This document shows, in pieces, positions 58,093 through 64,000 of a stretch of 64,000 nt of DNA. Source of the DNA: a virus. The notes under the pieces are model-generated. The model did not search any database. It had not been told where the DNA came from and worked only from the letters and a program-made list of their open reading frames with translations. The stretch lies in the IMG/VR virus record IMGVR_UViG_3300007770_000007, positions 13,336 to 77,335 of that record; one strand, 5' to 3'. The translations under genes were made by a program, and so were the position numbers. How positions within the stretch are numbered: position 1 is the stretch's first letter; every line of letters begins with the position of its first letter.

Positions 58093-58272
58093 ATGAGCCT
58101 CGTAGGGAAGCTGGAAGAAACCATCGCTGCATTGGAAGCCGCAAAGGCCGACGCGGAAAAGTTCGACAAGGGAATGACCGGAGCACCGGGAACCCGCGTG
58201 CGGAAAGTTGCTATGGACGCCAAGAAGTCTATGGATGACCTCCGAAAGTCCGTCTTGGACGGTAGAAAGTAA
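58093..58272 (+). CDS. Histone H1-like (Hc1-type) small nucleoid protein
   Basis: ADAEKFDKG…APGTRVRK..MD.KK….LRK.V pattern; GGAG RBS. Confidence 0.7.
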   Translation: MSLVGKLEETIAALEAAKADAEKFDKGMTGAPGTRVRKVAMDAKKSMDDLRKSVLDGRK

Positions 58273-58283
58273 GCCATAGAGGG

Positions 58284-58319
58284 GGTAAAAGTTTCCCCCT
58301 AAAGGCAAACTTTTACCTT
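58284..58319. terminator. Hairpin after the Hc1-like gene
   Basis: ggtaaaagttt…aaacttttacc. Confidence 0.55.
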
Positions 58320-58576
58320 TAGGGTTTCGGTAGACTCTCTCTTGTGATAGTTTTTACAAGAGGAGTCTGATGGCTGAAGTGCGTCAATGGATGGAAGACA
58401 GGAACCTCCGGTATTCCAATACGCAGGAGTTGTTCGCCTATTTGACGGTTCTCCTCTCCCGTAGACCTGATCGCGTACCTCCTTCCCTTCTGGTTTACGC
58501 CGTAGAACACCATCGCTTTTGGCCCGGTATCGAAGGCGAGCATTAGGCGATAAGCGTCCTATACCTTCAGGGTGGC

Positions 58577-58945
58577 ATGTCTTCTACCCCAACCCCATAT
58601 GTCTACAATGCTGAAGTGCTTTCCGTTTATGACGGAGACACTGTTACGGTCATGTTGGACATGGGGCTGGACGTTCAGAAGAAGGCCAAGTGCAGGCTGC
58701 TGGGCATAGACACCCCGGAACTTCGGACCAAATCAGCCAAGGAAAAGAAGCTGGGCTATGCAGCCCGTGATCGCCTGCGTGAACTCATCTTGGACAAGAC
58801 CATCACCCTCCAGTCCATGACGAAGCCTGACAAGTACGGTCGCTTGTTGGTGCGGATCTGGATCGAGGGCCTCTTCATCAATGACCTGTTGATTGATGAG
58901 GGCTTGGCCCGCGCTTACGATGGAGGGGAGCGTCAGCCCTGGTGA
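58577..58945 (+). CDS. Thermonuclease (SNase-like)
   Basis: VYDGDT, RLLGIDTPE, DKYGRLL, IN..L..EGLA..Y.G. Confidence 0.93.
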   Translation: MSSTPTPYVYNAEVLSVYDGDTVTVMLDMGLDVQKKAKCRLLGIDTPELRTKSAKEKKLGYAARDRLRELILDKTITLQSMTKPDKYGRLLVRIWIEGLFINDLLIDEGLARAYDGGERQPW

Positions 58946-59874
58946 TTCTTGGCTTCCCGCAGCTTGTCCCAAAGCACTTGAGATACCTCGACCAGTTGGG
59001 CGAGTCCCATGCGCTCTCCTCGGGGGGAACCCGCGATTCCAGCATGGCCTCCAGCTTCTTGACCCCACAGTTCTTGCACAATCTGGCAACAAGACACGCC
59101 AGGAACCGGGTCAGCCAGTGAGATGCTGATTGATCCCTGGACGGTGTTGAAGGAAGCAACACCGTCCAAAGAGACACCTTCAGGGTCCGTGTAGAGGTGG
59201 TTTGTGAAGGCTTCGGATACCCGAAGGCCAACGATTGCGGTCGCACCAGTTCCAAAGGTCTGGACCCAGGAGTTTGTGTTCAACTCTTGAGTAGCAGCTT
59301 GAAGAGCATCCCCTGCTGCCCGGAGTGCTGTGCCATCTCCAAACTCGTAAGAGGCTCCTGTGAGGATGGCTGTGATGGCTTCCCCTGCGAGGCGCATGAA
59401 CTCGCTCACGTCACTCACTTCATCGCGAGGCCAGTCACCCCGGCTGTCCCTCACAAACGCCCATACCGCATAAAAGGTAGGGGTGAGGGGGTGGTTGTCG
59501 GGGAGCTTGTGTGGCCCGTGGGTGTCTACGAACTCGGCTACATCCCAAAACTCATGGAACTCGTCTCCGAACACTTCGGGGTGCTGGCCACTGGCCCGCA
59601 TGACTCCTCCGATGGTGTCCAGATCGACATGGGACACGAGAACATGGTCCCACTTTCCGACCAGGGGGATGTTCTCGTCGTTGCACGGCGCAGGACGCCC
59701 GCCTTCCACAAGGTGCCGCCCTGCGAAGTCTCCTTGGGATTGGTGGTGTGCGGCTGTGTAAAGGGAACCTTCGGCCACAAAACTGCCGTACTCTGCTTCC
59801 ACAGAGAGGACTACATCCTTCTCCTGGGAGAAGGACCGGGCGAGGTCTGCGGTGGGTGCCAGAATAACTCTCAT
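58933..59874 (-). CDS. DHH-like phosphoesterase-fold protein
   Basis: SHVDLDTIGG, D.HG, C-terminal AGGHAGIAGSPR. Confidence 0.55.
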   Translation of the reverse strand: MRVILAPTADLARSFSQEKDVVLSVEAEYGSFVAEGSLYTAAHHQSQGDFAGRHLVEGGRPAPCNDENIPLVGKWDHVLVSHVDLDTIGGVMRASGQHPEVFGDEFHEFWDVAEFVDTHGPHKLPDNHPLTPTFYAVWAFVRDSRGDWPRDEVSDVSEFMRLAGEAITAILTGASYEFGDGTALRAAGDALQAATQELNTNSWVQTFGTGATAIVGLRVSEAFTNHLYTDPEGVSLDGVASFNTVQGSISISLADPVPGVSCCQIVQELWGQEAGGHAGIAGSPRGERMGLAQLVEVSQVLWDKLREAKNHQG

Positions 59875-59907
59875 AGACAGCCTCTCTTGGTTGGGCATTG
59901 AAGCTCT

Positions 59908-59937
59908 TTACGGGGTTGCCCTTATCAGGGAACCCTC
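59908..59937 (-). promoter_or_regulatory. Class A promoter-like motif GAGGGTTCCC-N14-CCGTAA
   Basis: Conserved motif and spacer. Confidence 0.7.
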
Positions 59938-60374
59938 CCCTTTTCGCCAAAGGCTTCTACATCGGCTTCGTAGTGCCGCCAAGCTGTAGCGTCAAACTTC
60001 CGAATCTCGGTTTCTGTTAGGTGCCCCTCTCGTACAGCACAGGCCAAGCAGAAGCTCTCCGTGTACTCCGTGGCTTCTATGACGTACTCGCGGTCTGTGC
60101 CCGCTGCCACGACCCTGGCCGGAACTTCCTGTACAACCTCTACCCAAAACCAAAGCCCGTCATTGGGGCATTCCCGGTACGGGCCATTGTCGGCATCACA
60201 ATCATCCCAATCACAATCAGGGTAGGAGGGGGTGTCCCACCCACCCGTGTGGGGGTTTGGGGTGCCCATGAGGTTTACGACCTTGATCTTGCCGTCTGCG
60301 GGAAGTGTGGCCACGCCCATGATGGTGTCTGCGAGTCCCATTAGCAGTCCCGCATCTTCATTTCTTCCTTCCAC
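59925..60374 (-). CDS. Cys-containing hypothetical protein
   Basis: ORF in the minus-strand cluster. Confidence 0.5.
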   Translation of the reverse strand: MEGRNEDAGLLMGLADTIMGVATLPADGKIKVVNLMGTPNPHTGGWDTPSYPDCDWDDCDADNGPYRECPNDGLWFWVEVVQEVPARVVAAGTDREYVIEATEYTESFCLACAVREGHLTETEIRKFDATAWRHYEADVEAFGEKGRVP

Positions 60375-61012
60375 TGATCCCAGAACTCACCTTCCTCTGC
60401 GGAGGGGTTGGACCCAGCCATCATGCGAGCAGTAGCAGCCCAGCTTCCGGCAGGAGGTGCAGAGGTGGCGGTGCCGTATGCGCGACGGCCAGAACGGCGG
60501 CGACGGCGGCGACGAGGTGCGGGGCGGTTCAGTTCCGCTTCCGTCATCCAGCAGAGGTCAGCACAGACAGCGTTGCCCTTCTTGGAGGTGAACTTGGGAG
60601 CGCCACAGGAGCAACGCTCCGATCCGCGACCCAGGCCATACACTTCACGCATCCGGCTGTGCATACGGTTCACGATGTCGCCCACAAGACCGACACGGTT
60701 GACCCGCTTATCTGCGGAGGCGATGCCACGTTCGCGGCCATCACGGGCCTTGTAGACGGCGCAGACGCGAATCGCGTCCTTACCGCAGGAACGAGCCATT
60801 CCGTCGCGGCTATCTACGGTGGTGTAGACCAGCACTCGAATACCCTCGGCACCAGCTACGGCACGGGCGTAAACGACTTCCTGGCAGCCTGCGATGGAGG
60901 TCTCCTCGAAACCGCACGCTTGCAGCTTCTGGACGATGGCGTAGGCAAGGTCCCGACGGCTACCCCTGTTGCGGGAATCATAAGCCTGGGATGCGAGGCG
61001 CTGGTCGTACAT
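60341..61012 (-). CDS. Hypothetical protein with Zn ribbon and Arg tract
   Basis: Start MYDQRL after GGGAG; R.CGKDAIRV; CSCGAP.F.SKKGN.VC. Confidence 0.65.
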   Translation of the reverse strand: MYDQRLASQAYDSRNRGSRRDLAYAIVQKLQACGFEETSIAGCQEVVYARAVAGAEGIRVLVYTTVDSRDGMARSCGKDAIRVCAVYKARDGRERGIASADKRVNRVGLVGDIVNRMHSRMREVYGLGRGSERCSCGAPKFTSKKGNAVCADLCWMTEAELNRPAPRRRRRRRSGRRAYGTATSAPPAGSWAATARMMAGSNPSAEEGEFWDQWKEEMKMRDC

Positions 61013-61034
61013 TTCATTCTCCCTGTTGAACCCT

Positions 61035-61064
61035 TTACGACTACTTCCTCCTGCGGGAACCCCC
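61035..61064 (-). promoter_or_regulatory. Class A promoter-like motif GGGGGTTCCC-N14-TCGTAA
   Basis: Conserved motif and spacer; back-to-back with a class B motif at 61073. Confidence 0.7.
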
Positions 61065-61131
61065 TTGGGTCTCAATAGGGTGTTTATGATGTAAGCTGTG
61101 TAGGTACTGCCGTGTCTACCAGGAGCTTCTA

Positions 61132-61905
61132 ATGAGCAATCACGATCTCGCACCCGCCAGTGGCCTTCAAGGCGACTCGTACATCTACAAGTTGGGCACC
61201 ACGCCTAACACTCGAACGGTTGTCAGCCAGAAGGTGCGTGTTCTTGCTCCTGCCTATGGCGGTGGAACTCTGCTGTATCAGATTGGTGTGCTTTCCAACT
61301 TTGCTCCGACCGAGAGCCGTACCATCGAGAATGTTCGAGGCATTGGTTTCGGGGACATGGTCGCGGAACTGGTGCCGGGAAACACGGAGCCGATGACGGC
61401 TTCCTGTGAACGGACGATGCTGTACCTTGCGAATCTTTGGCAGGCTACGGGCTTTGCTGGTGGTGTAAGCGGCCCGGTGCGGAGTCTGCGACACCACCGC
61501 TGGCCTTTTGATGTCAAGCAGCAGGTGGCTTTCAGTGTTGTCTCGGACCAGGACTGGGCGGGAGGCTGGTCTGACGCTGGAAACATCGGCGGTACTGGTT
61601 TCACAGGCGGTGTTGGAACCCAGAAGTATCCTGCGGTGACGACGAACGAAGAGTCGTTGCCTGCGGGCGGTGTTGGCAGCCACACAGTTCTCATCACTTA
61701 CTACGAAGGTTGCTGGTGGTCGGATTGGAACACCACGTTCCAGCGCGATACCGCAGTGGTGATGGAAAACGGTACGATCACCATCACTGATGTACACGAT
61801 GGGTCCAGTGTCTACGGTGAGTTCCTGGCCACGGGTAACGACCCGAGCATCGGTCAGTTCTCTTCGGCACGGTTCGGTACGACAGCCGAAGGCTTCGCGG
61901 AGTGA
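61132..61905 (+). CDS. Tail tube protein
   Basis: IGVLSNF.PTESR.IE.VRGIGFGD..AELVPG, ERTMLY, PFDVKQ, YEGCW..D, VME..TI. Confidence 0.8.
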   Translation: MSNHDLAPASGLQGDSYIYKLGTTPNTRTVVSQKVRVLAPAYGGGTLLYQIGVLSNFAPTESRTIENVRGIGFGDMVAELVPGNTEPMTASCERTMLYLANLWQATGFAGGVSGPVRSLRHHRWPFDVKQQVAFSVVSDQDWAGGWSDAGNIGGTGFTGGVGTQKYPAVTTNEESLPAGGVGSHTVLITYYEGCWWSDWNTTFQRDTAVVMENGTITITDVHDGSSVYGEFLATGNDPSIGQFSSARFGTTAEGFAE

Positions 61906-61970
61906 TACCGTCAGTAAGTTAGCCGGGTAGTATCTCCAGGGAAGCGTCGTGCTTTCATGGAGGTATCCCT

Positions 61971-63131
61971 GTGTCGATTGACCTTACTACTCTAAAAGAG
62001 GCCCTTGCCCCGCTGGCTCAAGTGGGGAAGGAAGAAATCTCCTTCGAGGTTGAAGGGGTCACTGTTCATCTTTGCCCCCTGCTTCCCCATGAGGAAGTGG
62101 AGGTTCAGCGATACTCTTCTTTGGTCCTCGAAGACACCCAAGAGACTGAAGGCAAGGACGCAGACGACTCGATGAGCCGTGCAGCCGCCTTGGACTACTT
62201 CGATAAGTTCCGCATCGAGGTCATCGCTTACGCCGTTGTCCAGGTCGGAAGCCTCGATCTTCGCGGGGTGGAGATGGTCGAAACCGGCGAGGTGTTGGAG
62301 AATGGCGTCAAGGTTCGAGTGAAGCGGCACGCAGCGATGCGCGATCTGATTCAGAACAACTGGTCACGGTCCATGATCACCGCAGTCTTCTCCCGTTACG
62401 GGGATTTGGTGGAGAGGTTGGCGATGGAGGCTGACAGCCTTACGGGGCGTGAGCCTCCCGACATGGACATTGAAATCCAGCGGGTTGAGAAACGCCTGAA
62501 GGAACTCCAGGAAGAGCGTGACAAGAGGGCCAAGGGCGATCCTAACGTCACCAATGAGCAGATCAGTGATTTGGTCCAGATGGGAGAGGATCGTCAACGG
62601 CGCTTGGCCCAGGCAGCAGAGGAGCACGCCCGTGCGAGATCCGGTGCCGGGAAGCCTGTGGCGGTGAAGACCCCACAAGGAACTGTTGACTTGGAACAGC
62701 AGGAAGCCATCCGACAGGCCGTAGAAGCAGGTAAGGTTGCCCCAACTGCCGCCCCCGCCCCATCGCCTGCCGCCTTTGTCCAGGAGAGCGAACACCCCCA
62801 AAGTTTTGAGGAGATGCGAAGCTCCTTCGAGGACGGGGAAGACCCGGAGGTTTTTGCCGCCGAAGAGGCTCGAATCATGGCAGCGCGTCGTGCAGCCGCG
62901 TCCCGTGCAGCCGCTCCTGACTACGGGGATGCTGTTGGTTCCGTCGCCCCTGGCCCGGAGGCGGTGGATCTTATGGGAGAAGCGAAGCCTGCGGGTCAAG
63001 TGAAAGGGGTTGACGCCTATCGCCTCCCGACTCAGGAAATGTCTCCCCGAGGTAGGGGTAAAAAGCCAGCCCCGAAAAAAGGAAAGGGGGTCGCTCCCGA
63101 GGTGAATCCGAACTTCAAGCCGAATGGGTAA
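61971..63131 (+). CDS. Tail assembly chaperone-like protein
   Basis: Follows the tube gene; acidic N-terminal domain plus low-complexity tail. Confidence 0.55.
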   Translation: MSIDLTTLKEALAPLAQVGKEEISFEVEGVTVHLCPLLPHEEVEVQRYSSLVLEDTQETEGKDADDSMSRAAALDYFDKFRIEVIAYAVVQVGSLDLRGVEMVETGEVLENGVKVRVKRHAAMRDLIQNNWSRSMITAVFSRYGDLVERLAMEADSLTGREPPDMDIEIQRVEKRLKELQEERDKRAKGDPNVTNEQISDLVQMGEDRQRRLAQAAEEHARARSGAGKPVAVKTPQGTVDLEQQEAIRQAVEAGKVAPTAAPAPSPAAFVQESEHPQSFEEMRSSFEDGEDPEVFAAEEARIMAARRAAASRAAAPDYGDAVGSVAPGPEAVDLMGEAKPAGQVKGVDAYRLPTQEMSPRGRGKKPAPKKGKGVAPEVNPNFKPNG

Positions 63132-63134
63132 GCG

Positions 63135-64000
63135 ATGTCCGAGGGCGCTCCTATTTCCCGTGAAGCACTCCTTCGGGAAGCGGCAGAAGAAGCACTCCAC
63201 CAAGAGGCGTACAGACGGCGGTTTTTATACAGAGATGTAGAACACTTGGTGGAGGAGGGTTTTCTCACCCACAACGTCGTGTTCAAGGAGGGTTGTGTGG
63301 TCACTCTTCGTTCCCTGACAGGGGATGATTTGAATGACCTTTTGAACTCCACTCATCCCACGATGCCTCTGATTTCGTTTTACCAGCGTTTCGTGGCCAA
63401 GGCCATCTACAAGGTGGACGGTTTGGATGTTACTGATTCAGCGGCTGCATACTGGGTTCGCCGCCTTTTTGTAAACTGCCTGCCTGCTCCTTACATCCAA
63501 GCGTTGCGGTATGTCGCGGAAGGGTTGGCCAAGAGGCAGGACCGGGCTGCCGCGATCACCGAGGCTTACTGCTACGAGCCTTATAGCCGCCAATCTTGGG
63601 CTATGTCTTCACAGGGGCAGTTCCTTACGGGGAGTAGGGGGTTTGTGCGCCGTCTGTGGATCGCCTACAACCAGCGGGAAGATGCCCGCCAGACAGCCGT
63701 TCAAGATTGGGAGCATACCAGGGCCATCGTGGGCGTCCAATCCTACAAGGCCGCCAAGAAGATGGGGGAGCAAGAGCGGAACATGTACCAGCGGGAGGAA
63801 GACCGCCGCAGGAGGCATATCGAGGCAACCGTCAACTTCATCATCCGGGGGCCAGAGGAAGAACGTCAAGAGGAGTACGTCGAGGTCAATGGTCAGCGGT
63901 TCCTGGTTCCAAAGGTCCGAGAGGCTACCTCCCTGGTTGATCTGGAAGCCGAACTCAATCGGTGGATTGCGGGAGAGAAGGATTTCCATGACGTTGTGGT
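63135..64000 (+). CDS. Hypothetical (second tail-chaperone-like) protein, 3'-truncated
   Basis: MSEGAPISRE…LYRDVEHLVEEGFLTH…LRSL; open to the window end; not in the ORF track. Confidence 0.7.
   Translation, partial: MSEGAPISREALLREAAEEALHQEAYRRRFLYRDVEHLVEEGFLTHNVVFKEGCVVTLRSLTGDDLNDLLNSTHPTMPLISFYQRFVAKAIYKVDGLDVTDSAAAYWVRRLFVNCLPAPYIQALRYVAEGLAKRQDRAAAITEAYCYEPYSRQSWAMSSQGQFLTGSRGFVRRLWIAYNQREDARQTAVQDWEHTRAIVGVQSYKAAKKMGEQERNMYQREEDRRRRHIEATVNFIIRGPEEERQEEYVEVNGQRFLVPKVREATSLVDLEAELNRWIAGEKDFHDVV

Noticed and set aside
52642-61905. Bacterial contractile injection system or tailocin
   Set aside because: Head genes and phage-type DNA metabolism genes are in the same window, with no host housekeeping context
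63055-63090. -1 frameshift site (A-rich runs) in the tail chaperone gene
   Set aside because: No perfect in-frame X XXY YYZ heptamer, and the downstream ORF is in frame 0, not -1

Overview
The window looks like a 64-kb stretch of a large (probably jumbo) myovirus-type bacteriophage genome with fairly high GC, and contains most of the virion morphogenesis region. In order: a dnaX / NusG-like / tandem sigma4-HTH cluster; a block of probable head-internal proteins including a 1713-aa polyprotein (class II tRNA nucleotidyltransferase + PAP2 phosphatase + topoisomerase IB + unknown domains); prohead protease, scaffold, decoration protein and HK97-type major capsid; fibre and neck genes; an actin-family ATPase; a likely endolysin; NAD-dependent DNA ligase; a very large tail sheath; tail tube and chaperones. 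I saw no terminase, portal, tRNA, rRNA, CRISPR or integrase. Main observations: (1) a recurring short basic helix (P-x-R-V-A-x-R-[YF]) and K/R-x-A motifs at the termini and domain junctions of many unrelated proteins, suggesting a capsid-targeting and protease-processing cargo system; (2) two recurring promoter-like motifs, CGGTA-N7-KAT (18 sites, mostly before structural genes) and GGGTTCCC-N14-YCGTAR (5 sites); (3) a promoter- and terminator-bounded candidate small RNA after the capsid gene; (4) a 5'-leader/3'-trailer inverted repeat enclosing a tandem paralog pair. All family assignments come from motif recognition by eye, without database searches.
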